A program made the position numbers and the translations under genes. A DNA stretch of 63,605 nucleotides, filler included, from Olpidium bornovanus S191 (taxonomy: Eukaryota > Fungi > Olpidiomycota): assembly GCA_017911155.1 (NCBI GenBank). It is 30 parts of 30 records of this genome, joined end to end, with 100 filler letters (N's around TTAATTAATTAA, not from the genome) between each part and the next. Parts side by side here need not be neighbours in the genome. Positions count along the whole stretch, not along the records: positions 21,451 to 24,408 come from JAEFCI010010443.1; positions 24,509 to 26,007 come from JAEFCI010002125.1; positions 26,108 to 27,915 come from JAEFCI010010277.1; positions 28,016 to 31,051 come from JAEFCI010008543.1; positions 31,152 to 34,624 come from JAEFCI010002628.1; 25 more parts are not named here. One strand, given 5' to 3'. Shown one piece after another: positions 21,630 to 32,302 of this stretch; position 1 is the stretch's first letter; each line of letters starts with the position of its first letter. Under the pieces are notes generated by a model. It had not been told where the DNA came from, made no database searches, and worked only from the letters and a program-made list of their open reading frames with translations.

Positions 21630-23955
21630 TCAGGCGACATCCGATGCTATTACTTTCCTCTTCGCCCTCTCCTTCTCGCTCAGCACGGTTCCTGGCCGCG
21701 CGCCACACCACAGAATTTGGTACTCTCGGTGCTTGGTCAGCGTTGCCCGGGGGATGACGAACGACGCCGGGAGGCTCCTGGGTGTCCGGGAGGTCCGGCT
21801 CCGGTTCATGTCTTGCTGGGGTTCGGCGGGAGGCGCCGACGAACGTGCCCAGGCGGGAAGGTGTCTGCCAGGGTCGAATGCTACCAGGTAGGTGCCGCTT
21901 TCGTCGCAGGGGTCCACGTGAACACCTACGATCGTCCAGCTGTGGCCTGGCAACGGCAGGTAGAGTTTTGAGGACCTCAGCCGGGTGACTCGCCTCGTCG
22001 CCCGCCCTGGTGAACGTTGGACGGCGATGAATCACTGCAAACCTGGCGGAAAGCTCACCTTGGTATTGAACGTACAACGGCGGCAGCCCTGTGCGCTTCA
22101 CTGACGAAGATCCACTGTCCGCGCTGCGGTCAACACCGGATTCTGATAACTCGCCCCGGAAGTACCGGACTGCCCACGAAATCAACCGGTCTACCGCATT
22201 GCGACGGTCGCCTGGTTTGTTCCCAAAGTCGGTAATATTTACAGGGACGTAACGCGACGAGAAGGTCGCGTACAGCTCTGCGGGCGCATTCCCGGGTTCG
22301 GTGGTGACACGTCAACTGTCGTCAACTAGCCATCGACATCAAGGACGGGGGCCGTGGAAATGACGCACAACAAAGACAAACCTGTCGGACCGATCCACTT
22401 GCGCGTCCTGACCAGCTTGTTATTCAGCTGCCTGGCGCCCGCGAGATCAAACCCTGACACATCCAAACCATCCGGACATCCCGACGTCACATATTTGCCA
22501 TGGCATAAGCTGATCGAGACAAATGGCCGGAACCGGCGGGAAGCCCCCCACATACCGCCAACCCATGCCTCCTCTATCCACTCCTGTAATTTCGGAACGC
22601 CGGGCAGCTCCCCCGGACCTGTCGCTCCCCTCGGCATATCCGGCATCGCGGATACCTGCTGCGCGAACTCCTGCGTTACCGCCGAGTGCCGGTGCAGAAG
22701 ACTCGCCCATCGCGAACTTATTGCCGCCAGGCAGGAAATGAGCATCTGCGCATTGCGGTATCCGCATCCCCATCCCTTGTCCCCCAGGTCGGAGGCGCAG
22801 TGCAGCGTTGCCGAGTGAGAGAGGTATGTGATGCCTCTCCGCGGCTCGCTCTGCAGCTGTGCGGCGACGAATTTAGTGTCGAGGGTACGTTGCGGGCGAG
22901 AACCTTCCGAGTCCTCGATAATTCCAGCGAGGATGTCCAGCAACTGCGTTGAACAACGCCGGGGTGATGCCGAGGGTCGGTGTGGATATGATTCGGCCTG
23001 ATTAGGCGAATCTCGGGCTTCCTGCAAATTTTTTTTCGGCAATTCCTCTTGGAACGTGCCCAGGATGGCCCGTCCCTTGTCGGACTTCATGCTGAGCTGA
23101 CTGCGGCGTTGTTCGTCGTAACCGGCCTCTCCGGAGTCCGCCCCGGACCCTAAACAAGTCCGCTGTGACCGCCGACAACATTTAGCGCTCCCCGCCACCG
23201 TCGCGTACGGAAAGCTTCTTTACTACCACCTCCTTACACTCAGCTGATGGAGCTCCCTCCGCTCACATCGGTGTGCGGACCGCGTCGAATCCGCGAGAGC
23301 CTGTTCCACGGTCCCAAAGTGCGAAGCCTAGTCAGCATGACCGGCCTTGGCAGTCGACGGTCCGGGCGGAAGCGGGCGACCCGCACCTGGGCGGCGCGGC
23401 AGATCTCGTGTTCCTCCCGCAAACCGTCGTCAACTGCGATGCACCTCGGCCGGCGTCAGCCTCTCCGTGGCCACACGGGGACCGCACGACCGCTTTGATA
23501 CCGTAAAACCGCAGGCGAAACAAAAAACACGCACCCAGGTGCCCGCAGACCGGACACCCGCGCCGCCGCGCGCGTCCGTCACCCCGGCACGGCGCGCTGC
23601 CGCGCCCTCCTCCCGCGCCTTCCCCGCCGCCGCCGGCTTCGCCACGGGAGGAGGCGCCCGCGCCGCCGAAACCCGCGCGCGAGGATTCGGCGGGGCCCGC
23701 GCCGGCGAAGTGCTCGCCCACGTGGTCTTTCAGCCGGCGCGCAGGGACGGGCACGCCGCAGACGCCGCAGAGATCCCAAGGCCCGGCCGCGCCGTCGTGG
23801 TCCCCGCCGCGCCGCTCTGCCGCGGCCGGAGCGGCCTGCGGCGCTTTCCCGATGAAGGCGCGGCCGCCTCTCTCAGCTTCGGCGAAGTGGCCTTCCGCGT
23901 GCGCCTGCAGCTCATCGGCGTCTGCGGTCACGAAAGCGCACAGCGGACAATCCAT
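21630..23955 (-). CDS. ZUP1: Zinc finger-containing ubiquitin peptidase (ZUP1/ZUFSP/Mug105, peptidase C78)
   Basis: N-terminal C2H2-like fingers (MDCPLCAF..QAHAEGHF; CGVCG..KDHVGEH). Catalytic DKGWGCGYRNAQMLIS; GFDLAGARQLNNKLVRTRKWIGPT; PPLYVQYQG | HSWTIVG (His); AFDP (Asp); stop at 21630. Confidence 0.92.
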
Positions 23956-24314
23956 GGTGTTTCCTGCAAAGTATAAAAGAAAAATTGCGGTTTCCCCGGG
24001 AGGTTTCGACACGCAGGTGGGCGGAAACGGCGTTGTTGCAGCCACGCAACCCGCCGGAAACTTTTTTTTTTTTGGTTTTTGCCGCCCATGTGAAGGCACG
24101 GTTGAGCCCGACGCGTTTCGCAGCCGGGCGACGAAGCCGAGTCATGGCGCGGTCGTCCTGTTACGGTAGAGAATTGCCCTTATCGTAAAATCTGCCGGAT
24201 GTGCAGCACAGGCCTTTAGAGAGACGCGGGCGGACCAAACGACACCGGCTCGCGGCGCGTGCTTGTTACTATCCGATCGGCCCGCGCCGAGCGACGAAAT
24301 GATTCCATACGGTA

Positions 24315-24363
<49 letters not shown>

Positions 24364-24508
24364 CCCAAAAAAAACCCCCCCCCCCCTCCCCCCCCTCCCC
24401 CCCCCGCGNNNNNNNNNNNNNNNNNNNNNNNNNNNNNNNNNNNNNNNNNNNNTTAATTAATTAANNNNNNNNNNNNNNNNNNNNNNNNNNNNNNNNNNNN
24501 NNNNNNNN

Positions 24509-24617
<109 letters not shown>

Positions 24618-24792
24618 AAAGAAAAAAAAAAAAAAAAAAGGAAAGGAAAAAAAAAAAAAAAAAAGGGAAAGGAGAAAAAAGATAATTCGTTAGCGTGGTT
24701 TCCGGAACGAAAAAAAAAATACGTTAGCGTGGTTTCCGGAACCCAAAGTTAGAATCAGCTGGTGGGCGAGGCGGGTCACTGTCGTTCCTCAC

Positions 24793-25425
24793 CTTCGGAG
24801 TCCTGGACCCCAGGCCAAGACCATAAGGTTGAAACAGCCGTTTCCTGCGATCAACGCGACAAACCCGCCGGGGCGGCTACAGGGTAAAGAACGGCCCTCG
24901 GTGAGGAAGCACCAGCACTGGGACGAGAGCGGCAGGGCGGCGCCCGTCCCGGGCGCTTTTCTTGCGCAACCTCGGTTCACTCGAAAGAGAGGGGGAACTC
25001 GGGGGGGGGGGGACAAAAAGCTTACCGTCGTCGATGAGGTTCCTGGTGTACCGGCACCGATCGAAGTGCGCGTAGTCGAACCAGTCTTGCTCGCTGCTTT
25101 CGTACGCGGCCATGATCGCCCGGACGCGTTCTACGTCGACGTGTTCGGAATCCAGGCCCCTGTCGCCGAGCTCCTCGTGGAGCAGGCGGACGAGGTGGTC
25201 GAGGTCGCGCGGCACGGGGACCGGCGACGGGGCTCCGCGGCGCGAGCCCCGCGGATCCTGCGCCCCGGCAGCCGACGGCGCCGTCTCGCCCTCGTTCTCG
25301 GCGGGCTCGGCGGGCTCGGCCGCCCGCCGCCGCCGCTGCAGCCGGGCCTTGTCGAACTGATCGTGCGGGGCGGCGAGAGCATCCCCGCGCAGCGCGGCGG
25401 CATGGGCAGGCAACGCCTTGGGCAT
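24793..25425 (-). CDS. CDO1: Cysteine dioxygenase type 1, 5' part
   Basis: Exon 25425-25026: ...LDHLVRLLHEELGDRGLDSEHVDVERVRAIMAAYESSEQDWFDYAHFDRCRYTRNLIDD. Exon 24844-24793: GNGCFNLMVLAWGPG. Matches the CDO YTRNL.D.GNG.FNLM.L.W motif. Confidence 0.93.
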
Positions 25426-25505
25426 GCTTGGGGGAAGGGGGGTCAGGCGGCGGTGTTTGGCCGGGGTTTGCGCGGCAACGCCCGGTGCGGGCGGAGGTTA
25501 GTAGC

Positions 25506-25543
<38 letters not shown>

Positions 25544-25579
25544 TTCTTTCAGTTTCTCTCTCTCTCTCTCTCTCTCTCT
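25506..25579. repeat. (CT)n microsatellite upstream of CDO1
   Basis: ctctctctct... seen directly. Confidence 0.9.
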
Positions 25580-25878
25580 GCGGGCGTGGGGGTTTTTTTC
25601 GTGCCGCGCGCCGTGTGCCTTGTTTTTTACGGGGGTGGCCGGGGGTGGCGAGAGAGGGAGAAAAAGAAAAAGAGTGAAATAGAGAGAGAGAGAGCGAAAG
25701 AAAGAGTGAAAGAAAGAGAGAAAGAGAGAGAGTGTGTGTGAGAAATTGAATGTGAGAAAGTGCGGGAGTGTGAGCGTGCGCGAGACAAAGAGAGCGCCAG
25801 AGCAAAAAAAAAAGAAGAGAAACAAGAAAAAGTTCCTCTCTTCCGCTCCCGCCCCAAAAAAACTCCAGGAAAAAAAGG

Positions 25879-25918
<40 letters not shown>

Positions 25919-25923
25919 GCCAA

Positions 25924-25962
<39 letters not shown>

Positions 25963-26304
25963 CCCACCCCCCCCCCCCCCCCCCCCCCCCCCCCCGCCCC
26001 CCCCCGCNNNNNNNNNNNNNNNNNNNNNNNNNNNNNNNNNNNNNNNNNNNNTTAATTAATTAANNNNNNNNNNNNNNNNNNNNNNNNNNNNNNNNNNNNN
26101 NNNNNNNGATGTTTTCGCGTGTTTGGGAATGATATAGTGACGAGACGCGGGGTAAGCGCGAGGGCGGCCGGTGGAGTGCTCGGGAGAGGATGGGTTGGCC
26201 GCGCTTGTGTATGTAAAACAACCACATGTGACTGATTTGTCCGAAAAAGGGGAGAAAAGGAAGAGAGGCAGGAAAGCGCGCGCGGCGTGCGGAGAAAACG
26301 ACGG

Positions 26305-26520
26305 GACAGAGAAGGAGAGACAGAGAGAGAAAGAGAGAAAAAGAGAGAGAGACAGCGAGAGAGAGAGAGAAGAGAGGGAGAGAGAGAAGAGAGGGAGAAA
26401 GACAGAGAGAGAGATAGATAGAGAGAGAGAGAGCGAGAGAGAGAGAAAGAGAGAACGGGAGAGGAAGAGAAAGAAGATGGAGAGAGGGAAGAAAGAGAGA
26501 GCAGAGAGAGAGAGAGAGAC
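26305..26520. repeat. (GA)n-rich low-complexity tract
   Basis: About 215 bp of almost pure purine GA repeats. Confidence 0.9.
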
Positions 26521-26602
26521 GAGAGGAGATTTCCCTCCCCCTCCCCGCCCCCCCCTCTCTCTCAGCCGGAGGAAATAAATAAAAAGGCTTCCGCCTCCCC
26601 CT

Positions 26603-27724
26603 TCAGTTGTTGCGCTGGCGCTTGGTGCCTCCGCCTCCTCCGCGGGCGTCTTCGCCAGCGTTGTCGCCGGGGGGCGCGGGTGCCGGCGCGCCCTTGCGCT
26701 TCCGCGGCCTGGCGTTGTCGTGGGTCTTGCAGTGGCGCACCATGTTGCTGTCGACGGAAAACGGCCTCTCACACTTGGGGCAGCTGTACGGCTTCTCGCC
26801 GGTGTGGACGCGCAGGTGCGCGACGCGCGCCGACGGCCGGCTGAAGCGCTTGGGGCACACCGGGCACTGGTACTTCTTTTCCATCGGCGTGCCGGCCGGC
26901 TTTTTGGGAGCCACGGCCCCGCCGTCGGCGGAGGAGGCGAAGGAGGAGGAGGTGGTGGTGGAGGCCGTCGCCGCCGCAGGCGCCGCCGCCGCCTGGCCGC
27001 TGACCTTCGCGGGCTGTTTCGCCTTCTTCCTCTTGCGCGCGTCGGGAGGAGCGTCGCCGCCTCCGAGCGCCGTCGAAGCCATCGCCGGGGACTTCCAACC
27101 GGCGGCGACAAACTTCGGGGCCGCCGCCGCCGTCGTCGTTGTCGTCGTCTTCGCCTCCGGATTCGCGGCGTCCGGGACGTCGACCGGAGAGCGGGGTTTA
27201 GCGGAGGTGACGGCTGATTCCTTGGAGCTCCTCCTCCTGGGGGCCGGGGAAGGCCGGAGGCGGCACCCTTGCTGCTGGTCGCCGCCGTCGCAGCCGCCGC
27301 CGTTGCTCCCCGCGCCGAAGCGCGCTTTTTCCCGGCTCCGCAGAGCCGTCGCTGCCGCCGCATCCTCCGCCTCCTCGCCGTCCGCACAGAACGGCAACCG
27401 GGACCCTGTCCCGCCTTCGGCACCCGTCCTGCCGAAAGCGGCCGCGTACGCCCGGCACATGTCTTCCAGCGAAAGCCCGAAGGTCTGCTGCTCCAGGAAG
27501 TTGATCTCCTCGGGACTGGCGTGGTAGTCGAGGTCATCGGAGCCCGCATCGCCGTCGTAGCCATCGTCGATGTCGGAAAGGAGATGCCGGAGGCTCCTTT
27601 CCCCCGCCCCCCACCCGCCGCCGAAGAAGCCCGGACTGGGAGAAGAGAACCGGCCGGCGCGCGTTCCGTCGCAGAACGCGGCGGCGGCCTGCTGCTTGCG
27701 CGCCAAAGGAGCCGCCGTCTGCAC
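26603..27724 (-). CDS. C2H2 zinc-finger transcription factor (two fingers)
   Basis: YQCPVCPKRFSRPSARVAHLRVHTGEKPYSCPKCERPFSVDSNMVRHCKTH with the canonical TGEKPY linker; basic NLS-like RKRKKAK. Start codon uncertain. Confidence 0.88.
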   Translation of the reverse strand: MQTAAPLARKQQAAAAFCDGTRAGRFSSPSPGFFGGGWGAGERSLRHLLSDIDDGYDGDAGSDDLDYHASPEEINFLEQQTFGLSLEDMCRAYAAAFGRTGAEGGTGSRLPFCADGEEAEDAAAATALRSREKARFGAGSNGGGCDGGDQQQGCRLRPSPAPRRRSSKESAVTSAKPRSPVDVPDAANPEAKTTTTTTAAAAPKFVAAGWKSPAMASTALGGGDAPPDARKRKKAKQPAKVSGQAAAAPAAATASTTTSSSFASSADGGAVAPKKPAGTPMEKKYQCPVCPKRFSRPSARVAHLRVHTGEKPYSCPKCERPFSVDSNMVRHCKTHDNARPRKRKGAPAPAPPGDNAGEDARGGGGGTKRQRNN

Positions 27725-29636
27725 GTTCTTGCGCGGTCATTAGTTCCGCGGGGAAGCGTGCGGGGGGAAGGGGGGGCGGGGCGCGTCAGCTTCACGTCGG
27801 GGCCGCGCGGGGGCGCGGGGGGGAAGACGTTTGATGTCCCCGGCTTTTTTCCCGGCGAAGCGCGGAAAAAAGCGAAAACGAAAACGAAAAAAAAAAAAAA
27901 AAAAAACAAAAAAAANNNNNNNNNNNNNNNNNNNNNNNNNNNNNNNNNNNNNNNNNNNNTTAATTAATTAANNNNNNNNNNNNNNNNNNNNNNNNNNNNN
28001 NNNNNNNNNNNNNNNCGTGACCGGCCCGAATCCGCTCCTGTCTTCCTTAAAGGTCGCGTCGCGACTCCAGACGAACTGCTTTGTTGCCGGGTTCCAGAAT
28101 TTCCAGCACTTTCGTCCATAACCCATAAAGACCATGCGGATTCCTCTTGGGGCGAGCTTCCCCTTCCGCCTTTCCTTCGGGACATGGACGTAAGCAGTAC
28201 AGCCGAAGACTCTCATGTGTTTTGTCGACGGCTTGGTCCCCGACCATGCTTCCAGCGGTGATATCCCAATCGCGCTATGTGTAGACCTGTTATACGCGTG
28301 GACTGCACATGCCAAAGCCTCCGCCCAGAAACGTTCTGATGCGCCATGATGCAGCAATAGACACTGCGTCCGGCCCAGCAAGGTCCTATTGAGGCGTTCA
28401 GCCGAAGGTGGCCGTGACTCCTTTTCTGACGAGCGATCCGAGCGACAGGAGGTTGACCTTCATGCCCGGGACCACGAGCACATTCTTGATGGTCCTCCTT
28501 TCTGCGTCATGACGAGCTTTCCCTCCGTCAGCGCCTTCCTCACGGATCCATCGCCCAGCGTGACTTGCTTCTCACAAGGAGTCACGTCTTCCAGACTTTC
28601 CTCAGTTCCTGTCAAGTGGAACGTGCAGCCGCTATCAAGGAGCAAAGGCCTGTTCGTGTCGCTCCCTCCGACCGTCGAGAGTAGCGCTACCCCGGCCTTC
28701 TTCTCCTTAATGCTATCCCCGCGTTGCTCCTTGCTCTTCGGGCAGTCCCGCTTGTAGTGCCCGACCTCCTGGCATCCGTAACAGCGAGGGCTGCCGACTT
28801 TCTTCTTCTTGTCGGCGGGCTTCTGCTGAATACCGCGTGTCACAGGAAGGGCGTTTCCCGCGAGCACCGTCGGTGCGGCAGTCTCCCGGCGTCTCCTCAC
28901 GTCAGCCTCACGCAATACCGCGATGGTATTTGCCAAGGACGTGGTCAACCATTTTCCGGGTTGCTCGTCCTTCCGCGTGTTGCCCTCCAGCGTGTCCACC
29001 GTGACCCTGATAAAGTGCAGGCTTCCCATAAGCACGACGTCCCTGGTCTCCTGTTCCCAGTCCAGGACGTTGGCTTCGCCTTTGTCCCGCAGTCGTTGGA
29101 CTTGGTCCTTGACACGTAGACAAAACCTATCGAAGGTTTCCTCCTCCCCCATGGTGAGCCCGTACAGCTCCTTCTTTAGGTCGAGCCTAGCACTCGAGGC
29201 CGTGTTCTCGAAGTGCTTACACAACGCGGGCCCAAGCGTCCGTGACGTTTCTACCTCGTCGAGGAGGTGCCGATAGAGGTCGCTTACGTGAAGTACAATC
29301 TCTCCAAGCGCTTCTCCGTCGGCTTGCAGCCATTCCCGCGACTCGGCCGTGTCGGTCGCCCTCGGGCGCGCCACCGCTCCGGAGACGATAAGCCAGAGGC
29401 GCCTTCTTTGGAGAACGGCGCGCATGCAGACCTTCCACGACCTCCAATTGTCCTCTTCGAGCTGCGCAATTGTTAAACGCGCTCCCCGCGTCCCCGACAC
29501 TCCCTCCATTTCCCCGTCCAGCCGCCGACGTCTCCAGGCGTCAGCAGCCCCCCCGCACCTTCCTGCGGGCGCCCGGGGATGGGATAAGTCGATTGCGAGG
29601 TGCTTCTTTGCTTTGGACAGCGGATACGCCCGCGTT

Positions 29637-29648
29637 GGGCTCATAACC
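29637..29648 (-). promoter_or_regulatory. Primer-binding site complementary to the tRNAiMet anticodon arm (GGTTATGAGCCC)
   Basis: Directly follows the LTR terminal CA. Complement of GGGCTCATAACC in initiator tRNA, the half-tRNA priming mode known for copia and Ty5. Confidence 0.9.
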
Positions 29649-29775
29649 TGTTGGCGGTAGCAACGCTTTTGTTTATTATTGCACAGGCGGTTTGGCGTTT
29701 GGGGTTTTCTACGTATGGTGGTCACTTGCAGTCATGTGTTTGCTACTATCTGTGGGATGCGGTCGTGCTCCAACA
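29649..29775 (-). mobile_element. 5' LTR, 127 bp (TGTTGG...CCAACA)
   Basis: Perfect 6-bp terminal inverted repeat, internal AATAAA, abuts the PBS. 5' flank CGAGA is the predicted target-site duplication. Confidence 0.75.
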
Positions 29776-30207
29776 TCTCGCGGAGCGGCCCCCACCAAAA
29801 ACCCCCAAAACTTAACACCACTGTATGCGAGATATATGCATAAGCAATTCCTTTGCAAATGCTGATTATTGTTGTTGCAAATGAGTTTTTACACAAACAT
29901 TTTAGTTTATATCTTGAATTATACTTTATATACTAATGTAATAAGCATTTACAAAAACACCAAAAACATGATAAGTCACATTTTTGGAGCTCGATCCGGC
30001 GGAGACTAGGAGTTTACGGCTGGAGGGTAAAAGAAAAACGGGCCCCCGGAGCCGACCGCCGCGGACGGAGAAGGGGCCCGGCAAAAGGCGAGAAGCGCGA
30101 ACTTGACGGTCTACAGAGAGAACGCGAAAGAGCAAAAAGCGCTCGCGGAACCGACCTACCGCGGAACGAGAAGAGGTGAGGTAAACTCGGGAAGCTTTGT
30201 CCCAACT

Positions 30208-30292
30208 GGAGCGCGATCTTGGCCGGAACGCGATCTCGGCCGGAGCGCGATCTTGGCCGGAACGCGATCTCGGCCGGAGCGCGATCTTGGCC
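30208..30292. repeat. Tandem repeat, 5 x 17 bp, two alternating variants
   Basis: ggagcgcgatcttggcc / ggaacgcgatctcggcc alternate A-B-A-B-A. Confidence 0.93.
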
Positions 30293-30895
30293 GAAGAACG
30301 CAAAAGTGACCGCGACGCCCGGAGGAACACACCAAGCACGGAGCTATGTACGTGGTCCGCTTGAGGTTGCCGCACGTGGTCTGCCCGACGGGCAAGCACG
30401 CAGAGGCTTCTGGGCAACACAGTTGTCGCCTTTGGTCGAGAGACAGGGAGAGGCGGTCGGATGGAGCTTGCTCTAACCGCGGCTTCTGCACGGTTATTCG
30501 CAGGTTTTTTTTTGACACCCCAATATTTGGCAGCTGCCTCTCTTCAAGCGCTGTGCGTGCCGTTTCACCCGTTTCAACGACAACAATTCGAAAGCCACGG
30601 AATCGTGGATGGATCGACGGAGACGAGTCGGGCCCCTCCCTTAAAAAAACCGACCTTAAAAGGGTTCTTCTGGGGTAAAAAAAAGCAAAGTAAACAAGTC
30701 TTCCAAGTTTAGAACTTGCCGCCGAACCCGTCTTTGGTTTAGATAATCGCAGATCTGCGGCCTCGACGGTCACGTAATTGGGGCTTTGTGCGCCCCGTTT
30801 GCGACGAAGCTCTGAAGGCGTGCTACCAAGATGGAAATGGTGCGAGTCCTCGCGAGGTCTTAGTTATAATTATAATTATTATTTGTATTACTAAT

Positions 30896-30940
30896 CTGTC
30901 ATTACATTCACCATTAATTTAATGGTGAATGTAATGACAG
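30896..30940. repeat. Perfect inverted repeat, 21-bp arms, 3-nt loop
   Basis: ctgtcattacattcaccatta-att-taatggtgaatgtaatgacag. Confidence 0.95.
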
Positions 30941-30976
30941 CATAATTGGTCTCGCCGGGTCCTTGAAACTCTTCGG

Positions 30977-31035
30977 TTTTACTGTAATTAGTGGATCTAT
31001 AATTAGATCCGCTAGATCCACTAATTACAGTAAAA
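30977..31035. repeat. Perfect inverted repeat, 23-bp arms, 13-nt loop
   Basis: ttttactgtaattagtggatcta-taattagatccgc-tagatccactaattacagtaaaa. Confidence 0.95.
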
Positions 31036-31646
31036 GGTATTGGAATCATGCNNNNNNNNNNNNNNNNNNNNNNNNNNNNNNNNNNNNNNNNNNNNTTAAT
31101 TAATTAANNNNNNNNNNNNNNNNNNNNNNNNNNNNNNNNNNNNNNNNNNNNCAAGATGACCAGCCAGTGGCGAAGCCCAATTCAGGCATTATTTGCGGCG
31201 GACACGAAAGACTTCGGAAACTTTTTTTTCCCGTTTTTTGCAAGTGGAGGTGGGCTGTTCCCGGAAAGCTAGTCGCTGATTCAAAAATTATCTAGAGGGC
31301 CAAATCAAACAAACGGATCTCTGGAACGTGACTCTGTGTCTAATTGGAAATCGTTCGAAAGTAAAGGCGCGTTGGGCTCGTCACAATTGAAGACGTCCTC
31401 TTTGTTATGCCGGATGTCCTCTACAGAACAATAAGGTTACTTGAAATCCTATAAAATTTTGCGGATGCGGGTACCACTGCCATCGACTTCGCTAAACAAC
31501 CCGTGTCTCTGTCCGCACTGTTGTCCGTGTAAAAGGCACTACGGAGATCCCTGTTCTCAGTTATTCCGGGCCTAGCAATCTCTCCCCGGAAGAGCAAAAG
31601 ATCGGATTGATTTGTTTCCCAGCCTATATTCGATCCAGGCCCGCCC

Positions 31647-32111
31647 CTATTCGTTCAAACCACACATCACGATGGAAACTCGGAAAATCACAAAGATGTG
31701 ACGTTCGTGTTTGTCAGCACGAAAGATAATTCGGCAGCAATACGAGGGATTACCGTCATTCGCTTCACGGACGCATTTGCACGCACGTCGGCTAAGAGAA
31801 TTTTCCCCTCCTCCCGTTACCGAACAACGCTTTTCGGCGACCAGCAAAGACCACCGTGCAGTCTGCTGGGCCTGGGCGTCAATGAAAACATTGCGTGGCC
31901 GCCATTGCAGGAACATAGCGTCGGTGGCCGCAGTCGCCTCCACAGCTTCACCGCCATCCTTGTTGGCCACACTGCGGATTGGCCGCCCGATGTCGTGCAC
32001 TTTCCACGCGACGCTTGTGTCCCCACGGGGGAGGGGGCCGAACAGCCTGCGGTCTATAAAATGACAAAGCGAGACCGCCGCAAACACGAGGCCGTGCGGC
32101 GTCTCGCTCAT
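31647..32111 (-). CDS. Possible hypothetical protein, 5' part
   Basis: ATG-initiated 154-aa ORF with protein-like composition, about 190 bp downstream of the SRP72 stop. No motif recognised. Confidence 0.25.
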   Translation of the reverse strand: MSETPHGLVFAAVSLCHFIDRRLFGPLPRGDTSVAWKVHDIGRPIRSVANKDGGEAVEATAATDAMFLQWRPRNVFIDAQAQQTARWSLLVAEKRCSVTGGGENSLSRRACKCVREANDGNPSYCCRIIFRADKHERHIFVIFRVSIVMCGLNE

Positions 32112-32302
32112 GGTTTTTCGGCTGCGCGAATTCGCGCATACAGCATCAAAGCACGTTCAAACACTGAAGTGAAACACCCCTGACTCTTCGCGAACAGTCC
32201 ACTAGAAAGCGGAGAGTGACCACGCTCCGCTTTTTGCGCCATCCTCGTGAAGCTCAAGTTGCATCCGTATTACTCGGGAAAAATTTTCAGTTGGGAATCG
32301 CT

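Larger units (their letters stand above)
28016..29775 (-). mobile_element. Ty1/Copia LTR retrotransposon, 5' part (LTR-PBS-gag-protease, then internally deleted integrase)
   Basis: Gag EEDNWRSWKVCMRAVL..DGEALGEIVLHVSD; zinc knuckle CYGCQEVGHYKRDCP; protease LLDSGCTFHLT; integrase tail AERLNRTL..FWAEAL..AYNRS..MRVFGCTAYVHVPKERRKGKLAPRG..FMGY..SRDATFKED. Frameshifts present. Confidence 0.95.

Noticed and set aside
29630-29655. tRNA-iMet gene (GGGCTCATAACC match)
   Set aside because: Only the 12-nt anticodon arm matches and there is no cloverleaf. It is the retrotransposon PBS.
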